A stretch of DNA of 64,000 nt from Candidatus Pacearchaeota archaeon (GCA_041659945.1 JBAZXH010000001.1:262742-326741), one strand, 5' to 3'. Shown: positions 1-10,116, counted from the stretch's first letter. Numbers and translations are program-made. Notes: a model not told the origin generated them from the sequence alone.

Positions 1-1
1 T

Positions 2-3000
2 GGAAATGTTGTTTGGAGTGATGTTAACAATACTAATTTTATCAAAAATACTTATCAATATATGCTTCATAGAGATGCTAATAGTAGTGAATTAATTTCC
101 TGGGCATCTCAATTGGACAGAGGATTGCAAAAAAAAGAGTTTGTTTATAAGATTTATATTACTTCTGAGTATCAAACTTTAAACAAAATTAATGGTCTTT
201 CAAATGAAGAGTTTGTTGAGTTTTTATATAATGACTTGCTTGGAAGAAAATCTGATTCGGGAGGGTTTAGTTACTGGCTCAGAACAATTAATTCGGGAAT
301 GTCTAGATCAAGTGTTGCTAAATCTTTTATCTTATCACCAGAATTTGAAAGAGTATTTGGTACTTATAATGTTAAGGTTTTACCAGATTTGATAGATAAT
401 TATAATCTACCAAAAAATTTTAAACCTATTGTGGGATATTACTTTCCTATGCCAGACAATAGATCTGGAGGAAGAATTAATTTGTGGGATGCCCAAGGAC
501 AGTTGTTTGTATACAATGGGAGTTATTGGTTTAATAGAACAAATACAAAAGTTAGTTCGGGTTTACCTGATGATTTTAAGCCGGTCGTTGGTTTTTATTC
601 TCCAGCCGCAAATAATCAAATAAGAGTGCATTTATTTGATGCAGGTGGTCAATATTATGTTTATAATGGAACAATGTGGACTAATCAAACTAGAGATAAA
701 TCTGGTAGATTTGGAAAGCTCCCAAAGGACTTTAAACCTATTGTAGGCCTTTTTCATCCATTTTCTGCACCGGGAAGAATTAATTTGTGGGATGCCCAAG
801 GACAATTATATATTTATAACGGTACTGGATGGTTTAACAAAACTGGAAGTCAGGAATCTTTAGGTTTGCCAAATAGTTTTAAACCTTTTGCAGGTTATTA
901 TAATCCTATTTATCCAGCAAAAGTTGAGTTATTTGCTGAAACCGGAAAAACATTTGTTTATAATGGAACAAGATGGATTAACAAATCTAACACTATTCAA
1001 AGTAGAAATCTACCTTTTGGACAATCACCCAATGTTGCATATTATGATGCTTTTTCTAAAAGATTTGTTTTATGGTATGGAAATGAAGCATATGAATCAA
1101 AGGATGGCAATAATTTTGAAAGAGTAATTTTTTCACAGCAAGTAAATAGAACAATTATTCCTCCCTCTGATGGTGTTGTTAATATTTCTATTGAGACTAC
1201 AAAAAGATATTATGAGCTTGGAGATAATATTAAAATAACTGATCCTCCTGAAGATAACCTAGAAGGTAGTTCTACAAAACCAGCTTACTCCTTGCTAGAG
1301 GGAGGGTTTGAAAGCAGAGATGCTGAGATTGAGGGATATATTGTTCAGTTAAATGAAAAACCAGTTGTAGAAAGGGAGTTAGAATTAAAAAAAGAACTAG
1401 CAGACACAGAAAAGAGTTTTGAAGACTATTCATTAAAATCTCAAAAAGCATTTATTGCAGTTAAACCCTATTACAATTTGCAATTAAATAGAGAAAAAAC
1501 TAAATATGAAAGTCTAAAAAGCAATTATCCTACTGAAATTGAAAATTCTAAACAAAAGATAGTTCAAGAGCATGAAACCTTTCTTAATTCTGCAGGCATT
1601 TCTAATATTGGTAAGTCAATAAATAGCCCGAATGTTAATTTAAATTCTAAAGTAAAAAGAGAATTTAACTATGCCTTTAACGGTTATGTTTTAAATATAT
1701 CTAAACAAGAAGCAGAAAGAATTGGAAAGTTAAGTGGTGTAAAAAAAGTTTATCCAAATTATAAAGTTAAAGCTTTTTTGGATTCTTCTGTTTTGGCAAT
1801 GGACCTTGATTTTTTTAGAAACCAGACAGGGTTAACTGGTAAAGGTGTTGTGGTTGCAGTGATAGATACGGGTATCGATGCAACTCATGAAAGTTTGGAT
1901 GATTTAGATGATGATGCAAACACTAGCGACCCTAAAGTGATTGGTTGGATGGATTTTGTTAATTTTAGAACAGAGCCTTATGATGATCACGGTCATGGAA
2001 CACATTGTTCAGGTATTGCAACTGGAACCGGAGGAAGTTCTAAATATAAAGGTGTAGCTCCAGAAGCACAGTTAGTTGGGGTTAAAGTTTTAGATGAGGG
2101 CGGATCAGGCAGTTTTTCTGATGTTATTGCTGGAATTGAGTGGACTATTCAACATAAAGAGGAATATAATATTTCCATAATAAGCATGAGTCTGGGAACA
2201 AATGTTAATGGTGACGGAACTAGTCCTGTTGAAGTTGCTGCAGATTATGCTGTAGAAAGTGGAATTAATTTTATTGTTGCAGCGGGAAATGATGGTGCAT
2301 GGGGACCAAATACGGTAGGTATTCCTGCATCTGCCAAAAACGTGGTTACTGTTGGAGCAGTTGATGATAATTTAGATATAGCTTATTTTTCTTCAAGAGG
2401 ACCTACAAAAGATGGAAGAATTAAGCCCGAAGTTTCAGCAGTAGGTGTTGATGTTACAAGTTCTATTCCTGGAAAGGGGTATGAAGAATGGTCTGGTACA
2501 AGTATGGCAACTCCTCATGTTGCAGGTTTTGTTGCTTTGTTATTAGAACAAAATCCATCTTTAAATCCTGTTCAGGTTAAAAAACTACTAACTGATTCTG
2601 CATTAGATAAAGGAGTATCAGGCCCAGATAATGATTATGGTTATGGTGTTGTTAGTGGACTTGAAACTTTAACTTATACTGATCCACCACAACATGAAAT
2701 TAGTTTAATTAGCTTAAGTGTGAGAAATTACTTAATCTTAAATGAGGAAACAAAAATAAGCTCAGAAGTTAAAAATTACGGCACTAATTCTGAAAATATA
2801 GAAATAAAACTCCTTGTTGATAACAAAGAGATAGAAATTAAAAATATGGCAATACTATCAAAAGAAATTAAAACAATTGAATTTAATTATACTGAAACAG
2901 TTAAAGGAGTTCATAATACAACTGTTTTTGTAACTTTAGTGCCTGGAGAATTAGTATTGGATAATAACCGAGTGTCTAAAGAAGTAAATGGGGTGACGGT

Positions 3001-6000
3001 TTCTGGAACAATAAAAGCTGTTGTTGTTGATTCTTGGGGTAATTATAAGCCAGAGTATACTATTTTTGACGAGCTAAAAAATAATTGGTTTAATTATGGC
3101 AGTTATACTGTTGATATAGATTATAATTCTCTTAAAAAGTCAGATTTTACTTACGAAGATATTGCTGCAACTAATGCTGATGTACTAATTTTATCAAATG
3201 CCTGGGCAAATGGTGATTTTGGGATGTATTTACAGTATACTAATTCTGAAGTCGCTGCAATAAAGAGGTATGTTGAGGAAGGACACGGATTAATAGGTAC
3301 CTCTGGAACTTTGTCTGAGTTAGTTCCAAATAACATGAAACTTGCAGAATTATTTGGTTTGGATGATAATCTTGGTTTATGGAATGATGCAGAAGCTTCT
3401 GGAGGGGATGCTGTTTATGGTAAAAATATGGATGTTCTTGTTGACGATTTATTAACTAAAGATATTCCCGCAAAGTATATGCCCTTTGAAATGACAGTAC
3501 TAAATCTTAAAGATGATAAAACAAAAACAGCAACACGTGTTGCCGAATTAGATGGTAGAGATGATGTTTTTGTAAGTGCTTTTAAACCGGTTTTAGGTGC
3601 TTCAGTTTATTTTACTAATATGGTTGAATATGATAGTGTTGGTGAAACTGAAAAACAATTTTTTTATAATTCAATAGTTTGGACAAAAAATAATACTGGT
3701 GAATTAACAAAAGATGTTTTAATTTATGGTTTACAGATGCCTGAACGATCAAAATTGAATCAACCGGTGCAAATATCTGCAAAAGTAAAAAATAATGGAG
3801 TGAATGTAGAATCAAATATTAGAATTAACTTATTAATCGATGGGACTGTCAAAGAAACAAGAACAATAAGTTCCCTTTCTGCTGGGCAGGAACAGGCAAT
3901 AAACTTTTCTTTTGCTCCTAATGAAGCAAAAAAATATAACGTTAATATAGAGGTTCTTCCACAAAATGGAGAAACTTATTTGATTAATAATAATCTAAGA
4001 AAACAATTAACTGTTCCGGGAATATTAATGAATGGAAATAATGGAGATTATCTTGTGGATATAGGAAATGATACGAAGTATGATTATCTTGCTATTTCTG
4101 TTGGTGTTGATGTAGTTAGAGAAGGAGAGTATAATGTGAAATTAGACTTGGAATCTTATTTAGGTGTTGAGTTGTATAATGGATATAAATTTATTGAGTT
4201 AAACCCACGAAGCAATAATATAACTGTTTTAATTCCTTTGCAGACAATAAAAAAATATCAATTAAATGGACCTTATAAAGTTAAAAATATTAGAATATTC
4301 TCGTATGGAAAAGAATCAACACTAGAAGATTCAAATGAAACAGGCTTTGTTACTGGTCCATATAAATACGCCTCATTTAGAGATCCTGCACAAATTGTTG
4401 CTGGCAGTTTTTCTGATTATGGTTTGGATGAAAATAGTAATAAATTATATGACAAGCTTGTTGTTAAGTTTAATGTTAATGTTCCTGTCGCAGGAGATTA
4501 TAGTATTGATGGTCGTTTATCCTCATATACCTATGCTAATAGCTACTTTTATTTTGATAAGCCAGGAATTTATGAAGTAAATCTATCTTTTTCTGGGGTA
4601 GAGTTAAGAAAAAATAAAGTTAATGGTCCGTATAACCTTGAAAAGGTGAGTATTTATTCAAATACTTTTGAATCTGAAGTTAGTGGAGAAGTTTACACCA
4701 CTAACGAGTATAAATATGAAGATTTTGAAAAGTTGGTTAATCTTGCTATTAGAGGGTCTTATAATGATTATTTAATTGTTGGAGAGGCTGGTCAAATAAG
4801 TGTTCAGTTGTATAATGAAGGCACTGAAGATACTGGACCGTTTAATTTATATTTGTATCTTGAGGATGAAGATAATTCTAGTTTGATTGGAAGCAGGACG
4901 TTTAAAAATATTGATATTAATTCTTTTGAAAGGGCATCCTTTGCTTATACCCCTGCAACAACAGGCTATTTAAAATTTAAAGTGGCAGCAGATATAAATG
5001 ACGGTATAAGTGAAGATAATGTGGATTATTTTTCTACTAAGTCTTACCCTTTTAGGGGTGCTGATCTAAATATTTATCCTTCTTATTGGAATACTGTTTT
5101 TGTTATTGGTGAACAATCAAAAGTTAATTTTGAAGTATCAAATAATGGTGTTGAAGAGGCTAGGAATGTTGTAGTTGACTTATATTCAGTTAGCTGGTAT
5201 TATAATGAAACTAGTGGTGAAAATATTGAAAACTTAACTTTAATTGGAAGTAATACTCTGGGCAATATTCCAGTTTGGGATTATGTAAGGGAGAGCATTG
5301 ATTATACGCCTACTAATAGGTATAATAATTTAAAAATAATTGTTAGAACGAATAACGAAGTATTTCCTGGAGACAATCTTCGTGAATTTCAGATTGAAGC
5401 TAAAGTGCGCGGGGCAGATTTACGCTTAGAAATAGCTTATGATCAGTTAAATTTTGTTGTTGGTTCAAGCAATTTGATAAATATCTCAGTAAGAAATATT
5501 GGAACAGAAAAAGCAGATAGTCTAGTTTTGAATGTTTTTTCTATGGAGAATTATGGTGAAGGAATTCAGAATTTAACTTTGATTGGAAGGAGTAGTTCTG
5601 GAGAATTGTTACCTGATGCCTCTCAGTTGTTTAGCTTCGTTTATGTTGCTAAGGAAAAAGATCTTGGATGGAAAGACTTTAAGGCTAATGTGACCTGCAC
5701 AAATGAAGCTGATTCTTTAAATAATGAGGATTATTTTAGCAGATTTGTTGTCTCTCAGTCAAAAATAACTAATAATGGACCTACGGAAGTTAGTGGCAAA
5801 CTCTTTTTTGAGATTGATAAACTAACTGGTGAAGAAAAGGACTGGAACTGGACTTATTTTAACAGCACTAATAAAATTAATCTTGTTATTCCTGCGGGAA
5901 GAGTGGTTAAACTCGACAAAATATTTAACCTCTTAAATTTATCTATAGGCCAAGCTGGAGAATATAGGGTTTGTTCAAATTTTGAATCTGGCATCACTTA

Positions 6001-6031
6001 TTCTTCTTGTGGAAATTTTCATGTTTATTAG
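2..6031 (+). CDS. Giant secreted/surface subtilisin-like serine protease (peptidase S8), N-terminus cut off by the window edge
   Basis: The frame is open from nt 2, with no stop before the track's Met at 62. Domains in order: two DUF4214-like repeats (FIKNTYQYMLHRDANSSELISW, FVEFLYNDLLGRKSDSGGFSYW); 4-5 copies of a ~50-aa repeat; an I9-like propeptide (EGYIVQLNEKP...FNGYVLNISKQEAE); the S8 triad motifs VAVIDTGID (Asp codon 1865-1867), HGHGTHCSG (His 1994-1996) and SGTSMATPHVAG (Ser 2501-2503); then a long series of CARDB/Ig-like repeats (e.g. NNGVNVESNIRINLLIDG...SLSAGQEQAINFSF). Confidence 0.9.
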   Translation, partial: GNVVWSDVNNTNFIKNTYQYMLHRDANSSELISWASQLDRGLQKKEFVYKIYITSEYQTLNKINGLSNEEFVEFLYNDLLGRKSDSGGFSYWLRTINSGMSRSSVAKSFILSPEFERVFGTYNVKVLPDLIDNYNLPKNFKPIVGYYFPMPDNRSGGRINLWDAQGQLFVYNGSYWFNRTNTKVSSGLPDDFKPVVGFYSPAANNQIRVHLFDAGGQYYVYNGTMWTNQTRDKSGRFGKLPKDFKPIVGLFHPFSAPGRINLWDAQGQLYIYNGTGWFNKTGSQESLGLPNSFKPFAGYYNPIYPAKVELFAETGKTFVYNGTRWINKSNTIQSRNLPFGQSPNVAYYDAFSKRFVLWYGNEAYESKDGNNFERVIFSQQVNRTIIPPSDGVVNISIETTKRYYELGDNIKITDPPEDNLEGSSTKPAYSLLEGGFESRDAEIEGYIVQLNEKPVVERELELKKELADTEKSFEDYSLKSQKAFIAVKPYYNLQLNREKTKYESLKSNYPTEIENSKQKIVQEHETFLNSAGISNIGKSINSPNVNLNSKVKREFNYAFNGYVLNISKQEAERIGKLSGVKKVYPNYKVKAFLDSSVLAMDLDFFRNQTGLTGKGVVVAVIDTGIDATHESLDDLDDDANTSDPKVIGWMDFVNFRTEPYDDHGHGTHCSGIATGTGGSSKYKGVAPEAQLVGVKVLDEGGSGSFSDVIAGIEWTIQHKEEYNISIISMSLGTNVNGDGTSPVEVAADYAVESGINFIVAAGNDGAWGPNTVGIPASAKNVVTVGAVDDNLDIAYFSSRGPTKDGRIKPEVSAVGVDVTSSIPGKGYEEWSGTSMATPHVAGFVALLLEQNPSLNPVQVKKLLTDSALDKGVSGPDNDYGYGVVSGLETLTYTDPPQHEISLISLSVRNYLILNEETKISSEVKNYGTNSENIEIKLLVDNKEIEIKNMAILSKEIKTIEFNYTETVKGVHNTTVFVTLVPGELVLDNNRVSKEVNGVTVSGTIKAVVVDSWGNYKPEYTIFDELKNNWFNYGSYTVDIDYNSLKKSDFTYEDIAATNADVLILSNAWANGDFGMYLQYTNSEVAAIKRYVEEGHGLIGTSGTLSELVPNNMKLAELFGLDDNLGLWNDAEASGGDAVYGKNMDVLVDDLLTKDIPAKYMPFEMTVLNLKDDKTKTATRVAELDGRDDVFVSAFKPVLGASVYFTNMVEYDSVGETEKQFFYNSIVWTKNNTGELTKDVLIYGLQMPERSKLNQPVQISAKVKNNGVNVESNIRINLLIDGTVKETRTISSLSAGQEQAINFSFAPNEAKKYNVNIEVLPQNGETYLINNNLRKQLTVPGILMNGNNGDYLVDIGNDTKYDYLAISVGVDVVREGEYNVKLDLESYLGVELYNGYKFIELNPRSNNITVLIPLQTIKKYQLNGPYKVKNIRIFSYGKESTLEDSNETGFVTGPYKYASFRDPAQIVAGSFSDYGLDENSNKLYDKLVVKFNVNVPVAGDYSIDGRLSSYTYANSYFYFDKPGIYEVNLSFSGVELRKNKVNGPYNLEKVSIYSNTFESEVSGEVYTTNEYKYEDFEKLVNLAIRGSYNDYLIVGEAGQISVQLYNEGTEDTGPFNLYLYLEDEDNSSLIGSRTFKNIDINSFERASFAYTPATTGYLKFKVAADINDGISEDNVDYFSTKSYPFRGADLNIYPSYWNTVFVIGEQSKVNFEVSNNGVEEARNVVVDLYSVSWYYNETSGENIENLTLIGSNTLGNIPVWDYVRESIDYTPTNRYNNLKIIVRTNNEVFPGDNLREFQIEAKVRGADLRLEIAYDQLNFVVGSSNLINISVRNIGTEKADSLVLNVFSMENYGEGIQNLTLIGRSSSGELLPDASQLFSFVYVAKEKDLGWKDFKANVTCTNEADSLNNEDYFSRFVVSQSKITNNGPTEVSGKLFFEIDKLTGEEKDWNWTYFNSTNKINLVIPAGRVVKLDKIFNLLNLSIGQAGEYRVCSNFESGITYSSCGNFHVY

Positions 6032-6109
6032 TAATATACTAAATATTTATTTTATTTTTTGATAAAGCAAAAACACAAAAACTTTAAATGGTCTTTCTTT
6101 TGTTAAAGG

Positions 6110-6655
6110 ATGGTTAGGTTATTTATTGCTGTTGATTTGCCGGAAAATTTGAAAAAAGAGATCATTGATATTCAGAAAAAAATTGATAAGGAGAAACTAT
6201 TTGTTGGAAAGTTTACCGAAGTGGAGAATCTGCATTTGACTTTGAAGTTTCTAGGAGATATTTCCGAGGATAAAGTTGAAGAAGTTCAGAAAAGACTTGA
6301 AAGGGTTAAATTTAATAAATTTGAAGTTAAAATTGATAGGGTTGGAGTGTTTGATAGTTCATTTATAAGAATTATTTGGATTGGGCTTGCTGAGGATGCT
6401 TTGTTTGAATTGCAGAAGAGGGTTGATGATAGTTTAGAGGGTTTGTTTTCTAAAGAAGAGAGATTTATGGCGCATATTACTATTGCTAGACCAAAATTTG
6501 TTTCGAGTATAAATAGGCAAAAATTAATTGAGTTTTTGAATAAGATTGAAATTAGAAGTGAAAAATTTACTATTGATCGAATTTCTCTGAAGAAATCTGA
6601 GTTGAAAAGTAGCGGACCATTTTATGAAGACTTGTTGGTTGTTGAAGGAAAGTAA
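6110..6655 (+). CDS. thpR: 2H-family RNA 2',3'-cyclic phosphodiesterase / 2'-5' RNA ligase
   Basis: Two HxTx motifs at the expected spacing (NLHLTLKFLG and AHITIARP) in a ~180 aa protein. A TATA-like ctttaaat lies ~25 nt upstream of the ATG. Confidence 0.8.
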   Translation: MVRLFIAVDLPENLKKEIIDIQKKIDKEKLFVGKFTEVENLHLTLKFLGDISEDKVEEVQKRLERVKFNKFEVKIDRVGVFDSSFIRIIWIGLAEDALFELQKRVDDSLEGLFSKEERFMAHITIARPKFVSSINRQKLIEFLNKIEIRSEKFTIDRISLKKSELKSSGPFYEDLLVVEGK

Positions 6656-6761
6656 AAATATACCATATAAAGAAAATCTAGATTTAAATAACTTTTGTTC
6701 TTGATTGTATATTTTATAGAATCCTCTTTCTTTTAAATTAAACTAGCTTGAAGTTATTTTA

Positions 6762-7097
6762 ATGGATAAACAAAGAGAATCACAAAGAACACCTAGGTTT
6801 ACTGTTGATTCCTTTTGTGATGAAATTGCAAAATCGTTTTCTCAAGGGCTTAAGAGAGGATTTAGGTATTCGGGGTTATATGTTTATTCAAGTGATGGTT
6901 TAACTCAACAGGATTTGAATGAATTCAGAGATAAAATTTTAACTAGGTTGGAGAGTTCTATTCAAGGTACAACAGTAATTGCAAGTATTTGTTCTCCAGA
7001 TAATTTACAGAGCTATGATGTAAGATTTCCGGGAGTTGAGGGATGGTTAATTGTTGATGCAGGCTATTTTGTTAAAAGTGGAAATTTAGTGACTTGA
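6762..7097 (+). CDS. Hypothetical protein (111 aa)
   Basis: Clean ORF with a TATA-like ttttaaat ~27 nt upstream of the ATG. No recognisable motif. Confidence 0.5.
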   Translation: MDKQRESQRTPRFTVDSFCDEIAKSFSQGLKRGFRYSGLYVYSSDGLTQQDLNEFRDKILTRLESSIQGTTVIASICSPDNLQSYDVRFPGVEGWLIVDAGYFVKSGNLVT

Positions 7098-7781
7098 ATT
7101 AGTTAAACTAGCTATTTTGAAAATCTCGGCTTTTTTACCTATGGATTTTTCTAGATCTTCTTGAGAAGCGTTAATTATTCCTTTTATTGTGTGGAATTCT
7201 TTTATTAGTTTTCTTGCTGTTTTTGGTCCAATGCCTGGAAATCCTTCTAAAATATGCTGAATTTGTTCGTGTACATCTGAAGTTCGTTTTCTAAAGTGTG
7301 TTGTGATTTCTCTTTCTTGTTTTTTGGCCAAAATTGATATAAAAGATGCGGTATCTTGAGCATCTTTTGTAAATACTATTGGAACTTTGTATTTTAGCAA
7401 AATTGAGAGAACAAAACCCTTTATGGCATTTTCACTTATTCCACTATCATTTTGATACAGGTCTTTTTCTTCAATACCTTCAATAATCAGTAGTTTATTT
7501 TCAAATTGTTGTAGATCTAGGAGTTGTTTTAAAAGTCTTTTGTTTATCATTGAGGAAATAAAATCACTGACTGTTTTTCTTTCTATTATTGTATCCTTAA
7601 CAATAAAGTCTCCAACTTCCAAATTTGAAAATTCAATTTCATGTCCTAGATGAGAAAGTTCTGATGGTACAAGAGAATTTTTCTCTCTGTGATCTATGAT
7701 TATCTTTGGCAGTTGTTTGCTGCTGCTTTCTATTTGTTCGCTTTCTTGTTTTTTTGAAAATATTTCATAGAATTTTGGCAT
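7086..7781 (-). CDS. ERCC4/XPF-type structure-specific nuclease (Hef nuclease-domain homolog) with C-terminal HhH2
   Basis: IIIDHREKNS and ERKTVSDFISS match the ERCC4 GDxnERKxxxD-type core. The C-terminal GFPGIGPKTARKLI is a helix-hairpin-helix. Confidence 0.85.
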   Translation of the reverse strand: MPKFYEIFSKKQESEQIESSSKQLPKIIIDHREKNSLVPSELSHLGHEIEFSNLEVGDFIVKDTIIERKTVSDFISSMINKRLLKQLLDLQQFENKLLIIEGIEEKDLYQNDSGISENAIKGFVLSILLKYKVPIVFTKDAQDTASFISILAKKQEREITTHFRKRTSDVHEQIQHILEGFPGIGPKTARKLIKEFHTIKGIINASQEDLEKSIGKKAEIFKIASLTNSSH

Positions 7782-7787
7782 TTTAAA

Positions 7788-8054
7788 TTAATTACTTTCC
7801 TCTTTTAAAAAATTATAGATCTCTTGCTGTTTATGACTGTTTAATGATATATGTTTTTCTCCAGTAGAAATTTTGATTAGTATAAATTCTTTGTCTACTA
7901 ATTCTTTTATGGCAAATTTTGCTTCTTTAGTTCCTCTAAGATGATCTGGAAGGCATTTTTGCAGGTTTGCTAGTTCAGTATGTCTTCCTCCCCAGATGTT
8001 TAAATTAACTAACTTTCTGAGAAACCTTTTCATTATTGCCTCTTTTAATTCCAT
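7788..8054 (-). CDS. Hypothetical small protein (88 aa), possibly winged-helix-like
   Basis: ORF packed 6 nt upstream of the nuclease gene on the same strand. No diagnostic motif. Confidence 0.45.
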   Translation of the reverse strand: MELKEAIMKRFLRKLVNLNIWGGRHTELANLQKCLPDHLRGTKEAKFAIKELVDKEFILIKISTGEKHISLNSHKQQEIYNFLKEESN

Positions 8055-8160
8055 ACTTAAGATAATATTTCTTATCTATTAATATTTTAGCTTATTTTTT
8101 ATTGGAACACTAATGTTTCAAAAGAGAAACATTTATAAATCAGTGTTTTCTCTTGTTATC

Positions 8161-8457
8161 ATGGAAACTTTATTTAGAAAAGCACTTGGAGATAATCCTA
8201 AGATAAGAGTGTTGGAATTTCTTATTGAGGGAAGAGAATTAGATTATAGCATATCAGATATTGCAGAAGGGGCCGAGATAGGAAGAACTACTTTGTTTAG
8301 AATATGGGACGATTTGTTAAGCGCAAAGATTATTGTGTTTACAAGGCAAATAGGTAATGCTCAATTGTATAGATTAAATTTAACTAATAATTTAGTTAAA
8401 AAATTAATAGAGATTTTTGATGAGATTATAATGCCCAAGAAGAAGTTAGCTGTTTGA
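8161..8457 (+). CDS. Winged helix-turn-helix transcriptional regulator
   Basis: NPKIRVLEFLIEG..DYSISDIAEGAEIGRTTLFRIWDDL fits a wHTH. The track starts at 8113, but tttataaa at 8132-8139 sits ~25 nt upstream of the ATG at 8161, matching the leaderless promoter geometry seen across the window. Confidence 0.6.
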   Translation: METLFRKALGDNPKIRVLEFLIEGRELDYSISDIAEGAEIGRTTLFRIWDDLLSAKIIVFTRQIGNAQLYRLNLTNNLVKKLIEIFDEIIMPKKKLAV

Positions 8458-8466
8458 GGTTTATTC

Positions 8467-10116
8467 CTAAATTAGGGTCTTTTGTTTTTCTTCTTTGTCT
8501 AGGATTGAATTTTCTTTTTTCTTTTCACTTTCTTTTTCTTCCTTTTCTATTTGTATTGCTTTTCCTTCTGCTAGATCTTTTTTTATTGAATCTAAGGCAT
8601 TGTACATTCTTTTTTCTTTATGAAATGCAGACCAGAAGTGAGCTTCATCTTTTGTGTTTTTTGTGACTAGAGTTATGGTTTCTCCGGGCATTAGTCTTCC
8701 TGTTCGACCGGCACGTTGAATTTTTCTTATGGCACTTGGAACGGGTTCGTAGAAGAAAACTGCATTTACTTCAGGAATATCCAGGCCTTCTTCACCAATG
8801 CTTGTGGCACAGAGAATGTTAAACTCCCCTGATGAGAATTCTCTTACTATTGCTTGTTGTTCTTTCTGTGAAAGTCCACTTTCTTCTTTATTACTTTTTG
8901 AATTTGATTCTTTTTTTGTTTGACCAACAAAAACTCGGGCACTTACTCCATCTAAACTGTTTAATTCTTTACATATTTTAGTAACACTATCTCTATACTG
9001 GGAAAAGACAATTGCTTTAAACTTTGGATTTTTTACTTTTCTTTGTTTTACTAGATCTTTTAGTTGAAGAAGTTTTGGATGTTCAATGTTCTCTGCTAAT
9101 AGTTCTTTTGTTATTGTGTAGGCTTTATTAAATTCGGGTTCAAGTATTAGTGTTTTAACTGCTTTGCTTTGATTTTGATTTGCTTGTTCAAATAAACCCT
9201 GGAGATAGTTATCTAGAGAGTAAAGAGTTTGAGTTTCAACTAGTTCTATGGCGTGTTGTATTTTTAGTGCTTGGGCACAGAGGGATACTCCTCGATATAG
9301 GGTAAAATTTTTACTTCCATGGGACAATTGAGACATTAATCTTCTTTGGGTGTCTAAAATAGTGATTTTGTTTGGTGCTCCGAATAAAAGTTTTTTTGCC
9401 TTTAGTTCATCTGTTCTTTTTGTTAGCATTGTCTGAAATAAATTTCTTATTTCTTCGAATTTCTTTGGAAATTCTATTTTAATTGTTTGAATTTCCAGAT
9501 CTTGAAGATACTCTTTTACATCTTCGCTATTTCGGGTACGGATTTCTACATTTTCTATTGAGAGATTGTCACAAATTGTTTTGATTGCTAATTTATCAGC
9601 ACCGGGTGAAGCACTTAGACCAATTAGATTTGGATGTTGAGCTTGTTCTAGATATTTTTTTGCAACATAAGTATAGCTGTAATTTTTAACGCATCTATGC
9701 ACTTCATCTTCTATTAAAAGAGAAACATTTTCTAAAGTATAGAGATTCTTTTTTATATCATTTCCAATGCACTGAGGGGTTGAAAAGACAATGTCAGCTT
9801 TATCCCAGATTTTTCTACGATTTTGAGCATCTACCTTTCCGGTGAAAAGGTCTATCTGGGCAAAAAGTTCGGGAAGATGTTTCTTAAAATAATTCATTTG
9901 TTGTTCAGCTAGCGGGCGAGTGGGAGCAAGAAAGAGAATTTTTTCTAGGGGAAACTTTTGCATGCGGTCTATAACTAACATCAGAGCGACTAGGGTTTTT
10001 CCAATGCCTGTTGGCAGTACAATCAAACTATTTTTGTCTTTTGATTTTTCAAATATCTGCTGCTGATAATCTCTAGGAGTTATGTTCAGGAGAAATTTAT
10101 TTTTTTCAGGAGTCAT
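8467..10116 (-). CDS. hef: Hef-type SF2 helicase (DExH box), helicase portion only
   Basis: Motif I LPTGIGKT, motif II IEDEVHR and motif VI IQRAGRTGR, followed by a C-terminal K/E-rich tail. There is no nuclease domain in this ORF. Confidence 0.85.
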   Translation of the reverse strand: MTPEKNKFLLNITPRDYQQQIFEKSKDKNSLIVLPTGIGKTLVALMLVIDRMQKFPLEKILFLAPTRPLAEQQMNYFKKHLPELFAQIDLFTGKVDAQNRRKIWDKADIVFSTPQCIGNDIKKNLYTLENVSLLIEDEVHRCVKNYSYTYVAKKYLEQAQHPNLIGLSASPGADKLAIKTICDNLSIENVEIRTRNSEDVKEYLQDLEIQTIKIEFPKKFEEIRNLFQTMLTKRTDELKAKKLLFGAPNKITILDTQRRLMSQLSHGSKNFTLYRGVSLCAQALKIQHAIELVETQTLYSLDNYLQGLFEQANQNQSKAVKTLILEPEFNKAYTITKELLAENIEHPKLLQLKDLVKQRKVKNPKFKAIVFSQYRDSVTKICKELNSLDGVSARVFVGQTKKESNSKSNKEESGLSQKEQQAIVREFSSGEFNILCATSIGEEGLDIPEVNAVFFYEPVPSAIRKIQRAGRTGRLMPGETITLVTKNTKDEAHFWSAFHKEKRMYNALDSIKKDLAEGKAIQIEKEEKESEKKKENSILDKEEKQKTLI

